From an uncultured delta proteobacterium (GTDB taxonomy: Bacteria; Desulfobacterota; RBG-13-43-22): a stretch of 41,561 nucleotides of DNA. Every line of letters starts with the position of its first letter. Within the stretch, counting starts at the first letter, position 1. Positions 19,190 to 28,209 of the stretch are shown here, piece after piece. The position numbers and the translations under genes were made by a program. The stretch is taken from positions 1 to 41,561 of the forward strand of contig CAWBOS010000004.1 in the NCBI GenBank assembly GCA_963790475.1, in the 5' to 3' direction. Under the pieces are notes generated by a model, which was not told the DNA's origin, did no database searches, and saw nothing but the letters and a program-made list of their open reading frames with translations.

Positions 19190-20255
19190 ATACCGGGACA
19201 AAGACCTGGCCCGGAAACTGATTGCCGCCATTCAGAACCAATCCAAAAAGCCGATTCGGCTGATGGAGATCTGCGGGACCCATACGGTAGCGATTTTCCG
19301 ACACGGTATTCGTCAGGTCCTGCCGGCCACCATTCAACTCATCTCCGGTCCCGGCTGTCCGGTTTGCGTAACGGCTACGGAAGAAATAGACCGGGCCGTC
19401 AAGCTGGCCGGGTATCCTGAAGTCATGATTACCACCTTCGGGGACCTGGTCCGGGTCCCCGGGTCCCATTCTTCGTTGCAAAAGGAACGGGCCTCCGGGG
19501 CTGATGTTCGCATGGTTTATTCCACCTTTGACGCCTTGAAACTGGCCCAGGAAAATCCAGACATGAAAGTGGTCTTTCTGGCCATCGGCTTTGAGACCAC
19601 CGCCCCGACCATTGCCGCTGCCGTATTGGAGGCTGCGCGACTGGGCCTGGATAATTTTTTTATTTTATCGGCCCACAAACTCCTTCCACCCGCCCTGGGC
19701 GCTTTATTGAACTCCGGAGATTTGAATCTCCAGGGTTTTATGTATCCCGGGCATGTAACCACCATTATCGGCACCTCGGCCTATGAACAGGTTGCCGAAA
19801 AGTACGGGGTACCGGGCGTGGTTTGCGGTTTTGAACCGGTGGATATCCTGGAAACCATTCTCCTGTTGGTTCAGCAGATCGAACAGGGCCAGGCTCGGGT
19901 CGAGATCCAATATAAACGAGGGGCCGACGCCATCGGGAACCCCAAGGCCCTCCAGGTGCTGAACCGGGTATTTGTTCCCTGCGATGCCCCCTGGCGTGGG
20001 CTTGGAGTTATTCCGGCAAGCGGGCTGACCTTACGGCCGGAATACCGGGCCTTTGCCGCCGAAGATCATTTTGATCTTCAAGTCCCCCCGGCTAAAGATC
20101 ATCCGGGTTGTGCCTGCGGTGAGGTCCTGCGCGGGGTCAAGACCCCCTTGGAATGTAAACTTTTCCGAACGGTCTGCCTGCCGGAAAACCCTCTCGGCCC
20201 CTGCATGGTTTCCACGGAAGGGACCTGTGCCGCTTACTTTAAATATAATGAATGA
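19173..20255 (+). CDS. hypD: Hydrogenase formation protein HypD
   Basis: MEICGTHT, GPGCPVC, GFETTAP, PGHV, GPCMVSTEGTCAA. Confidence 0.97.
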   Translation: MKHLSEYRDKDLARKLIAAIQNQSKKPIRLMEICGTHTVAIFRHGIRQVLPATIQLISGPGCPVCVTATEEIDRAVKLAGYPEVMITTFGDLVRVPGSHSSLQKERASGADVRMVYSTFDALKLAQENPDMKVVFLAIGFETTAPTIAAAVLEAARLGLDNFFILSAHKLLPPALGALLNSGDLNLQGFMYPGHVTTIIGTSAYEQVAEKYGVPGVVCGFEPVDILETILLLVQQIEQGQARVEIQYKRGADAIGNPKALQVLNRVFVPCDAPWRGLGVIPASGLTLRPEYRAFAAEDHFDLQVPPAKDHPGCACGEVLRGVKTPLECKLFRTVCLPENPLGPCMVSTEGTCAAYFKYNE

Positions 20256-20260
20256 TAATT

Positions 20261-20527
20261 TTCACCGCGGAGGCGCAGAGGACGCAGAGACTCTTTTCTT
20301 CAAAAATCAGGAGAGGCCGATTTTTGAAAATCCCGCTTCCAGCGGGACCTGCGGCACCCGGGGAACCCTCGTTATCGCGAAGCGACAGTTTGTTTTTTCT
20401 TTGGCGGTATCTCCCGCCAAAAAAAAATTGGTATTCTCTGTGTACTTTGTGTCTGTGGTGAAAAAATTCAGGCTTTAAATTGAACTAAAATAATTCTCTC
20501 TTTGCGTCCTTTGAGTCTTTGCGGTGA
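20261..20527. repeat. Long palindromic element, family D (composite)
   Basis: TTCACCGCGGAGGCGCAGAGGACGCAGAGA left arm with two degenerate right arms (about 20435-20462 and 20495-20527). Confidence 0.75.
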
Positions 20528-20548
20528 GGGTAGTTAAAGGAATTCCCA

Positions 20549-21559
20549 ATGGCTTTCGATAAAATATTACTGGATCACGGCAGCGGAGGACGGGCCTCCC
20601 ACGAACTGATTGAACGATTCTTTGTGCCCCGTTTTCAAAACCCTTTCCTGAATGAAATGAACGACAGTGCGGTTTTCGATCTGAAGGGTGGGAAACTGGC
20701 CTTTACTACCGACAGTTATGTGGTGGACCCGATTTTTTTCCCGGGAGGGGACATCGGCTCTTTGGCCGTTTGCGGCACCGTCAATGATCTGGCCATGAGA
20801 GGGGCGCGTCCTTATTACCTGAGCGTCGGGTTTATCATTGAAGAAGGGTTTCCCCTGTCGGATTTGGAGCTGATCCTCATCTCCATGGAAAGGGCGGCCA
20901 AGGAGGCCGGGGTCCAGATCGTCACCGGGGATACCAAGGTGGTCCCCAAAGGGGCCGCCGACAAAATTTTCATCAATACCTCGGGAATCGGACTGATTCC
21001 CGAAGGCCTCGATATCGCCGGGCAGAACGCCAGGCCCGGGGATGCCCTCTTGCTTAGCGGGACTCTGGGAGATCACGGCTTGACCATCCTTTCTAAGAGA
21101 GAAGGCCTAGCCTTTGAATCCTCTTTGAAAACGGATGCCGCCCCTTTAAATCACCTGGTCCGGGATATGCTCCAGGCCGGACCGGACATCCATGTTTTGC
21201 GGGATCCCACTCGGGGAGGCCTGGCCACGACCTTAAATGAAATTGCCGGTCAATCCCAGGTGGGATTGGAAATTTGGGAAGAGGCGATTCCTGTTCGGGA
21301 CAGCGTGGCCGCCGCTTCTGAGATTCTTGGTCTGGACCCCCTTTATGTGGCCAATGAAGGAAAGCTGATCGCCATTCTCCCCCAGTCTCAAGCCCAAGCC
21401 GTTCTATCCGTGATGAAGAAAAACCCTTACGGGCAGGACGCTGCTATAATCGGGGAGGTGAAAGGAAAAAACCCGGGAAGAGTGGTTATGAAAACCGTCA
21501 TTGGCGGCAAGCGCCTGGTGGATATGCTGACCGGGGAACAACTGCCAAGGATTTGCTGA
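20549..21559 (+). CDS. hypE: Hydrogenase maturation protein HypE
   Basis: HGSGG, TTDSYVVDPIFFPGGDIG, RDPTRGG, C-terminal LPRIC. Confidence 0.97.
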   Translation: MAFDKILLDHGSGGRASHELIERFFVPRFQNPFLNEMNDSAVFDLKGGKLAFTTDSYVVDPIFFPGGDIGSLAVCGTVNDLAMRGARPYYLSVGFIIEEGFPLSDLELILISMERAAKEAGVQIVTGDTKVVPKGAADKIFINTSGIGLIPEGLDIAGQNARPGDALLLSGTLGDHGLTILSKREGLAFESSLKTDAAPLNHLVRDMLQAGPDIHVLRDPTRGGLATTLNEIAGQSQVGLEIWEEAIPVRDSVAAASEILGLDPLYVANEGKLIAILPQSQAQAVLSVMKKNPYGQDAAIIGEVKGKNPGRVVMKTVIGGKRLVDMLTGEQLPRIC

Positions 21560-21611
21560 AGATTACTGTCGAAGATAAAAAACTGGGTACGTTCAGGCCG
21601 AACGTAGCGCC

Positions 21612-21673
21612 GAGACCTTTGAAAAATGTTCAATTTTGTCCAAGGTCAAGGAAGACGAAAATTTTAACCATAG
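21612..21673. mobile_element. Truncated left half of a family B element
   Basis: TTTGAAAAATGTTCAATTTTGT.CAAG.TCAAGGAAGACGAAAATTTTAACCA matches 10050-10108. Confidence 0.75.
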
Positions 21674-21683
21674 GGTGAGTACT

Positions 21684-22016
21684 TCAACCTGCAAAAACAA
21701 CCTCGCCTTCGTGGGCATATTCGGCCATGAGGGTTGTTTTGTTTTCATATTCTTCCGGGGTCATGGTAATAATATCGAGGGGCACCATGAATTTTTTGAT
21801 GGTTCGGATTTCTGCATCCTTCGTCAGGTCGGCACGCCTGAAAATATTCTTTCGTTTGAAATCCTCGGAAACAATGACGATGTCGATATCGCTTTCTTCG
21901 GTTGCTGTTCCTTTTGCCTGAGAACCGAAGACTATGATCTTGGAGACCTTCAACCCCTTTTCTTTTAGACAATCAGATAGAAAACGAACTACCTCCTTTG
22001 CTCTTTTTTGAGCCAT
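21684..22016 (-). CDS. Minimal nucleotidyltransferase (MNT) antitoxin
   Basis: IIVFGSQAKG...SDIDIVIVS; has its own AAGGAGG RBS and ATG at 22016. Confidence 0.85.
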   Translation of the reverse strand: MAQKRAKEVVRFLSDCLKEKGLKVSKIIVFGSQAKGTATEESDIDIVIVSEDFKRKNIFRRADLTKDAEIRTIKKFMVPLDIITMTPEEYENKTTLMAEYAHEGEVVFAG

Positions 22017-22295
22017 TTTAAAACCTCCTTGCTCTGAACAAGCAATTGTTCGGTTCTTTGTTTGGTATAAATCATCAGGCAAGTTTATTCCGACTGCCTC
22101 AATGAGGTAAAGGAGGTTATGAACCTTCGGGGGTATAGTGCCCAGTTTTTTTTGGTATAAACCCTTCAGAGCCTTCTCGATTGACAAATGACACATAAAA
22201 ACCACATAAACAAATTTCTTGGCAGCGAACATTGCTTCCGCAGTCTTTATATCATATTCCGCCTGTTTAAACCATTCTTCCGGTCCTTTGGCCAT
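21989..22295 (-). pseudogene. HEPN-domain protein with an internal deletion, now read in frame into MNT
   Basis: EWFKQAEYD, CHLSIEKALK, HNL; the native C-terminal helix YTKQRTEQLLVQSKEVLKWLKKE survives in another frame. Confidence 0.7.
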
Positions 22296-22472
22296 TTTTT
22301 CTCTCGATTCGTTATTTTATTCCCTAAATTGTTTCCGAAAACCCTGGCGCCCATTCTACCAGATGGCCTATGAGGACTTCAAGAAGGTTGTTTGAAAAAG
22401 GATTAAATTTAAATCCATTTAGTTTTTTTCAAGGCACAAAGATCGCCTTGGTATTCCGTTTTAATTCGCCGA

Positions 22473-22500
22473 AATGTGCAAGATTCAAGACCCCGACCCC
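22473..22500 (+). repeat. REP-like end motif TTCAAGA-CCC-CGACCCC
   Basis: Inverted counterpart of GGGGTCAAGTCTTGAA at 24057-24072. Confidence 0.45.
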
Positions 22501-22509
22501 GTTTCGATT

Positions 22510-22926
22510 TCATTCCAGGTATTCCGAGTTATAGGGATATTTGGCCATAGCCGTCTTATGTCGTCGAAAACCAAGGTTGATGTAAAAAGGCTCATTTCCA
22601 AAGGTGGACGTAAGGTGAACACAGAGGTGCTCATTTCCTTTCATCAACTCTGAAATAATTCCTTTCCCAATCCCCTTCTTCTGAAAGGCGGGAAGAACAC
22701 CGACATCAAAAATGCTCCCGTAACATATACCGTCAGTCAGCATCCGCCCCGCGGCAACCAGTTTCTCTTTGTCCCAGGCCGTTACGACTTTGTCGCTGGC
22801 TTGAAAAGCCTCTCGAATTTTGTTTGCGTCTTTCTCCTTACCATAGCCCCCGACCAAACCCACCTCTCCGTACAACTCGGTAAGTTTCGTCCATTCTATC
22901 CACTTTATTCCGATTTTATATTCCAC
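22510..22926 (-). CDS. GNAT N-acetyltransferase
   Basis: LVAAGRMLTDG, IFDVGVLPAFQKKGIGK, FYINLGF. Confidence 0.87.
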   Translation of the reverse strand: MEYKIGIKWIEWTKLTELYGEVGLVGGYGKEKDANKIREAFQASDKVVTAWDKEKLVAAGRMLTDGICYGSIFDVGVLPAFQKKGIGKGIISELMKGNEHLCVHLTSTFGNEPFYINLGFRRHKTAMAKYPYNSEYLE

Positions 22927-22941
22927 CGTTCAAATCCCTCA

Positions 22942-23076
22942 CATAGATGCTACAAATTCAACTGTGCGGGAAGTACTGGCAATGACATAGAAAATCAATC
23001 AATTAGGCAATGAACACCACAATGTCCGACTATCGTCAAAATGCCAGCCGCATCAGGCTGGAATTTATTGTTAGCG
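22942..23076 (-). other. Degenerate attC-like site
   Basis: Minus: CGCTAAC-AATAA-ATTCCAGCCTGATGCGG-CTGGCA...TGCCAG..CCGCACAGTTGAATT-TGTAGC-ATCTATG; no intact GTT. Confidence 0.45.
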
Positions 23077-23176
23077 TTTCAAGATTTATTTACTCTATTA
23101 AACAAACGACTAAGCCAGATTTCAATTAGTAATAGCTTTTCAACCAATTAAATAATTTAATCAGCATAAATGAGTG

Positions 23177-24034
23177 TTACTTCCTCATTGCAAACCTGAT
23201 ATACCGGCTCACTCCTTCTTCCCATATCGGAATGCTGTAATTCAACTCTTTACTAAGCCTTTCATTGGACATGGCTGAGAATCCGGCACGCTGTGCCTTT
23301 GTCTTGAAAGTATTCATGGGTACGGGGATGACAAGGTTTTTGTATCCCGCCTGCCTTATAAAATATTTTGCCACCTCATAGCGTGATGCATAGCCGCTAT
23401 TCGTCAGATGAAAAAGGCCTCGAAGTCCTCTGTCAATGCTCATGAGTGTGGTTTCGACAATGTCACCGGTGTAGGTTGGCACTGAAGTCTCATCGGCGCT
23501 GATTTTGAGTATTAGATTATTCTGTGCCCACTGTGATAGTTTGTATAGAAAGTTTTGTTTGCCCGGGCCGAAGACCCAGCTGAGACGGAAGATGAGGCAG
23601 TTATATGTTTTTGCTCTTGCCGCTTCTTCCCCACTTAGTTTGCTTTTGCCATATATGTTCAGAGGGTTTGTCTCATCTTCTTCCGTATAGAGGCCCTCCT
23701 TTTTACCGTCAAAGACATAGTCGCTACTGTAGTGAATAAAAAGGATTTTTCTTTCATGACAAAGTCCAGCGAGCAGTCCAGGGGCACTGCTGTTTACAAG
23801 ATAAGCGGTGTCGGCATTGTCTTCAGCATCGTCAACAGCATTGTAGGCGGCACAGTTTATGAGGATGTCCGGGTTGACAGCATCAAGTATCCGCGTCATA
23901 GAGTTTCTATCTGTAATGTCACAACTTTTTTCGTCGGGAGCGATAAAATTCATATTTCTTTCAGTCAGTATTCGCTGAAAATCATTGCCCAGCTGACCGC
24001 CAGATCCAGTTATAAGTATTTTTTGTTTGTTCAT
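23177..24034 (-). CDS. rfbD: dTDP-4-dehydrorhamnose reductase
   Basis: ILITGSGGQLG, INCAAYNAVD, SSDYVFDG, YGKSKLSGE, PTY. Confidence 0.92.
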   Translation of the reverse strand: MNKQKILITGSGGQLGNDFQRILTERNMNFIAPDEKSCDITDRNSMTRILDAVNPDILINCAAYNAVDDAEDNADTAYLVNSSAPGLLAGLCHERKILFIHYSSDYVFDGKKEGLYTEEDETNPLNIYGKSKLSGEEAARAKTYNCLIFRLSWVFGPGKQNFLYKLSQWAQNNLILKISADETSVPTYTGDIVETTLMSIDRGLRGLFHLTNSGYASRYEVAKYFIRQAGYKNLVIPVPMNTFKTKAQRAGFSAMSNERLSKELNYSIPIWEEGVSRYIRFAMRK

Positions 24035-24078
24035 AAATTTTGGGGTCATAAATTTTGGGGTCAAGTCTTGAAATATCA
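24031..24078. repeat. 15-bp tandem duplication (TCATAAATTTTGGGG x2) plus REP-like GGGGTCAAGTCTTGAA
   Basis: Directly visible; contains the rfbD start codon. Confidence 0.7.
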
Positions 24079-24231
24079 CTTTATATTTGCCTCTGTCTTG
24101 GCTATCACCTTGCTGACAGTAGTATAATGAATTCCCAAATAGTCAGCAAGCTCTTTTAGGGTATATCCTTGTCTCAAGTGAGCATTAAGGATGCCTGTAT
24201 TTCTTTGGGCCTTTCCCAAATTCCTTATCTC
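24076..24231 (-). pseudogene. C-terminal HTH remnant of a REP-associated tyrosine (Y1/RAYT) transposase
   Basis: Start-less frame RNTGILNAHLRQGYTLKELADYLGIHYTTVSKVI followed by TTTCAAGACTTGACCCC; recognised from memory of this family. Confidence 0.6.
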
Positions 24232-24510
24232 CTATAATCCATTATAATCCATTAAAGATAATTTATAATCTCCTGACAGATTCTTACAACAATTCAATTT
24301 ATTCTCGCTGTATATCATGTCGTTTTTCAGGATATACAGAAAAAGAGAGTTCTTCGGGCTGGCCATCCCTCTGCAATGAAGAAGTAAAATTTAAACTCTC
24401 AAATCAAAGATCGTTTTTCCGATAAGCAAGTTGTCCCTTTTTTTCCCACCCCAAAAACAAAAAACCCCATCTCCTTATAAGTTGATATGCTGGGGGCACG
24501 GCCATCTTCC

Positions 24511-25299
24511 CTATATTCCTTTTTCGCCCAGCCATTCGATTATTCTATCGGCTACGATCGGCCATTTAGTTTCCAACATCATATCATGGGCCATTCCTTT
24601 GAAGATTTCAGGCTTTTTGTTATAAGCCTTTGCCGTGGCTTCAATTTCATCAGGATGAAATATGGCATCCTGCTCCGCTCCGAGTATCAGCAAATCCGTT
24701 GAAACTTTTTCAGGATTGGGCAGTTTGAAAAGCATCATATCCAGGAACGCCAGATAAGATTCATCCTGCAGAAGGTTGAAATATTTATCCAGCCTTTCGG
24801 AAGGAATGTCCGCAGAGAAGAAGGCTTCTCGCGTGAGTTCGGCCGTGCCGATAATCGGATAAAGGCTCCAGGTCAGGTTGGCCTTCAAAAAAGCCAGGGG
24901 GTGACGCCGGGCGATACCCAGGGTTGTTCGAAGCACCCCTTTGACCGGAACCGAAGCCAGCAGCACTGCCGCAGGAGCGGCCTGCTCCTCCAAATATTTC
25001 TGAACCACCAGACCGCCCATTGAATGTCCGACCAGGACCGGCTTTTCCGGTAACTGGCCAACCACTTGGGCCACATCCGCCACATAATCAGCGATGCGCA
25101 GCCAACTGTAATGGGCTGGTCCATCGCTTTTTCCATGCCCCCGTAAACTTAAAGCGTAAGCGGCATATCCCTTTCCGGCAAAATAAGGCAGGAAGTTTTC
25201 CTCCCAGCACCAGGCCCCATGCCAAGCCCCATGGACAAAGAGAATTGGTGTCGGACGAGAAACCCCTTTTGGCTCATGGGAAATAATTTCCAATTTCAT
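24511..25299 (-). CDS. Alpha/beta hydrolase
   Basis: FVHGAWHGAWCW, LRGHG, GHSMGG nucleophile, Asp and His (AHDMML). Confidence 0.9.
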   Translation of the reverse strand: MKLEIISHEPKGVSRPTPILFVHGAWHGAWCWEENFLPYFAGKGYAAYALSLRGHGKSDGPAHYSWLRIADYVADVAQVVGQLPEKPVLVGHSMGGLVVQKYLEEQAAPAAVLLASVPVKGVLRTTLGIARRHPLAFLKANLTWSLYPIIGTAELTREAFFSADIPSERLDKYFNLLQDESYLAFLDMMLFKLPNPEKVSTDLLILGAEQDAIFHPDEIEATAKAYNKKPEIFKGMAHDMMLETKWPIVADRIIEWLGEKGI

Positions 25300-25319
25300 A
25301 ATGCCATCACTCCTAACCG

Positions 25320-25676
25320 TTAAGGTTTTGTCCTGGCAAGTGGTCCAGGATGGGATGTAGTGAGATGGGCTTTCTTAAAAGCCTTGAGATCCTTGACCTC
25401 AAAAGTGTAGGCCCTGCCTGCCTTACAAGCGGACAAACGTCCCGATTTTACCCAACGTCTAATAGTCACCGTAGAAATTCCCAGATACTCCGCCGCCTGT
25501 TTGAGATTAAAGGGCTTCCTGGAGAGTTCTTCTTGCCAGGATTGGAGGTTTAAGATTTCAGGAGTTTCCGAGGGGGCTGTCTTTATCCCGAAATGTATAA
25601 TATGAAAGGCAACTTTTTCTCGTTCATTTATGGGAAGACGGTATATTTCTTTGAGGATTTTTTCTGCATTCAGCAT
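25320..25676 (-). CDS. Excisionase-like HTH DNA-binding protein (probable antitoxin)
   Basis: FNLKQAAEYLGISTVTIRRWVKSGRL; starts 1 nt after the stop of a RelE-like remnant. Confidence 0.8.
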   Translation of the reverse strand: MLNAEKILKEIYRLPINEREKVAFHIIHFGIKTAPSETPEILNLQSWQEELSRKPFNLKQAAEYLGISTVTIRRWVKSGRLSACKAGRAYTFEVKDLKAFKKAHLTTSHPGPLARTKP

Positions 25677-25677
25677 T

Positions 25678-25849
25678 TTACTCTCCAATTTCTTTTAAAT
25701 AATTCTTGAGGTTTTTATAGAAGTTTTCATGCGGCCCAACCTGATATAGGAGTAAGGAATCTTTTTCTCGTTTGTAGGCCATTAAAGTCACCTGGTGGTT
25801 CATGATAAATTTATAAATCCTGAAACCTCCGAGGTCGCTTTGTTGGCAT
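25678..25849 (-). pseudogene. RelE/ParE toxin remnant lacking its N-terminal half
   Basis: Frame SDLGGFRIYKFIMNHQVTLMAYKREKDSLLLYQVGPHENFYKNLKNYLK resembles the toxin at 13438; upstream ATG is out of frame. Confidence 0.7.
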
Positions 25850-26018
25850 TTGCAGTATTATCATAAGTGTTATCTAATCATAAGTTGTCATAACTTGTCA
25901 ATTGATTTTAAAACACCTCCACCTGCCCTTGACAAAGTAAACACTATTATGAGACGGTTAGTAGGCGGAATGGCCGATCCAATCTGATTAACAACATCTA
26001 AATTTAAAGGAGGAGACG

Positions 26019-26786
26019 ATGAAAATAACCAATCGAACGGCACTGGTGACCGGCGGGGCCTCCGGCCTGGGGGCAGCAACGGTAAAGAGAATCAACGCGG
26101 CGGGAGGGAATGTTATCATCCTGGATGTGCAGGAACAACAGGGGCAGAGCCTTGTTTCGGAATTGGGGAAAACCGCTTATTTTTGTAAATGCGATGTTAC
26201 TTCTGAAGAGGATGTCAATAAGGCGATTCAGAAGGCTAAAGAACTGTTCGGAGGTGTTCATTTTTGTGTCAATTGTGCCGGAACCGGCTGGGCGGAGCGA
26301 ACGGTAAGCAAAACCGGGTCCCATAATCTGGAAATCTTTGAAAAGATAATACGTCTTAACCTGATTGGGACCTTCAACGTAGCCAGTAAGTCAGCCTTTG
26401 CCATGACCGCTAATACTCCGGATGAAAACGGCGAGCGGGGGGCAATCGTCAACGTGGCCAGTGCGGCAGCCTTTGACGGCCAGATCGGGCAAACGTCCTA
26501 TTCGGCTTCCAAGGGAGGTGTGGTCAGTATGACCCTGCCCATGGCCCGCGATCTTTCCGGCCTGGGAATTCGAGTGAACACCATCGCACCGGGTCTTTTC
26601 CAGACTCCGTTGCTGGCCATGCTCCCTCCGGACAATTTAAAAGCCCTAAACGAGTCTGTGCCGTTTCCCAAACGTCTCGGAAAACCCGAGGAATTTGCCC
26701 TGCTGGCAGAGCACCTTCTGGTCAATCCCTACATCAATGGCGAGACGATTCGCTTGGATGGGGCCATACGCATGGCCCCTAAATGA
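26019..26786 (+). CDS. SDR oxidoreductase, 3-hydroxyacyl-CoA dehydrogenase type II-like
   Basis: TGGASGLG, NCAG, NLIGTFN, AFDGQIGQ, YSASKGG, IRLDGAIRM. Confidence 0.9.
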   Translation: MKITNRTALVTGGASGLGAATVKRINAAGGNVIILDVQEQQGQSLVSELGKTAYFCKCDVTSEEDVNKAIQKAKELFGGVHFCVNCAGTGWAERTVSKTGSHNLEIFEKIIRLNLIGTFNVASKSAFAMTANTPDENGERGAIVNVASAAAFDGQIGQTSYSASKGGVVSMTLPMARDLSGLGIRVNTIAPGLFQTPLLAMLPPDNLKALNESVPFPKRLGKPEEFALLAEHLLVNPYINGETIRLDGAIRMAPK

Positions 26787-26797
26787 TAAAGAAGTAT

Positions 26798-26891
26798 CGA
26801 GTTCGGAGTTTGAAGAACTTTTCTTTTAAGATTCTTACTCCGAACGACTCGACTGAGCTCGCCGAAGTCTCCGAACTCATTACTCCGAACC
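26798..26891. repeat. Inverted heptamer pair (GTTCGGAGT / ACTCCGAAC) with an internal GACTCGACTGAGCTCGCCGAAGTC insert
   Basis: Visible in sequence; the same unit (gagttcggagt) occurs near 5734. Confidence 0.55.
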
Positions 26892-26924
26892 CAGGTTTTA
26901 AGAACCGATAGGGAGAAAATAATC

Positions 26925-28160
26925 ATGTATCAATGGAACGAAGAGCAGGTCATGATCCGGGATGCCGTCCGAAAATTTATCGAAAAGGAAATCAAACCCC
27001 GATTGGAGGAAATGGAACACGGAGACAGTCCGCCTTATCCCTTCATTCGCCGGATGTTAAGCACCTTCGGCATGGATGTCATGGCCCGGGAAAATTTTCA
27101 AAAGCAGATCGAGTTTGAAAAACTGGCCGAGGAAGCCAAAGCCAAAGGCCAGGAGCCCCCACCCAGGAAAAGAAGAGAGGGGGGTGACAGCTCTTTAATG
27201 TTGATCCCCATTATAGAGCTTTGCCGCTACTGTCCCGGTCTGGTGACGGCCATGGGAGTCAGCATGAGTCTGACACCCGCGGCCATCAATGCCCGGGGTA
27301 CGATTGCCCAAAAGGAGCGCTGGGTTCCGGAACTTCTGACCATGGAGAAGATCGGGGCCTGGGCCATCACCGAACCTGATTCCGGGTCCGATGCCTTCGG
27401 TTCGATGCGGGCCACCGCCCGGCGCGATGGGGATGGGTATATTCTTAATGGATCGAAGACCTTTATAACGAATGGGCCCTATGCCGATACCATCGTTTTT
27501 ATTTGCAAGCTTAACGAAGGCAATGAACTCAAGGACCGTAAGATATTGTCCTTCGTGCTGGACAAAGGCCTGCCCGGTCTGGAGCAGTCCAAACCTTTGC
27601 GGAAGATGGGTATGCACAGTTCCCCGACCGGCGAATTATTTTTAACCGATGTGCGCGTAGGCCGCGAAAGATTGATCGGGGAAAGAGAGGACATTCCCTC
27701 CAGCGGAAGAGAGGGGGCCAGGGAAACATTCTCCATGGAACGATCCGGAGTGGCGGGCATGGCCCTGGGCATAATTGAGCGATGTCTGGAACTGTCCATC
27801 GATTATGCCAGGACACGTGTTCAATTCGGCCGGCCGATCGGTGAGTTTCAGTTGATCCAGTTGAAGCTGGCTAAAATGGAAGTAGCCCGGTTGAATGTGC
27901 AGAATCTGGTATTCCGCTCCATCGAAATGATGCAGGATGGAAAGGGCCTGTCCCTGGCCGAGGCCTCGGCCATGAAATTGTATTCCGCCCAATCGGCCAC
28001 TGAGGTGGCCATGGAAGCGGTACAGTTATTCGGCGGTAACGGCTACATGGCCGAGTTTCAGGTCGAACAACTGGCCAGGGATGCTAAGGCCCTGCAAATA
28101 TATGCCGGGACCGATGAAATTCAAATCACCCACATCGCCAAAAATTTATTGCGTAACTGA
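26925..28160 (+). CDS. Acyl-CoA dehydrogenase
   Basis: AITEPDSGSD, LNGSKTFITN, RVQFGRPIGEFQ, GGNGY, IYAGTDEIQ. Confidence 0.93.
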   Translation: MYQWNEEQVMIRDAVRKFIEKEIKPRLEEMEHGDSPPYPFIRRMLSTFGMDVMARENFQKQIEFEKLAEEAKAKGQEPPPRKRREGGDSSLMLIPIIELCRYCPGLVTAMGVSMSLTPAAINARGTIAQKERWVPELLTMEKIGAWAITEPDSGSDAFGSMRATARRDGDGYILNGSKTFITNGPYADTIVFICKLNEGNELKDRKILSFVLDKGLPGLEQSKPLRKMGMHSSPTGELFLTDVRVGRERLIGEREDIPSSGREGARETFSMERSGVAGMALGIIERCLELSIDYARTRVQFGRPIGEFQLIQLKLAKMEVARLNVQNLVFRSIEMMQDGKGLSLAEASAMKLYSAQSATEVAMEAVQLFGGNGYMAEFQVEQLARDAKALQIYAGTDEIQITHIAKNLLRN

Positions 28161-28209
28161 AAGAGTCATCAAATATCTTTTATACGTTTGATCTAACCGA
28201 AGGAAAGCC

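Noticed and set aside
24035-24079. RfbD extension MIFQDLTPKFMTPKF
   Set aside because: Produced by the REP-like motif and the 15-bp tandem duplication.
25320-25676. HTH gene as a prophage excisionase
   Set aside because: No integrase or phage genes nearby; its coupling to a RelE remnant fits an antitoxin better.
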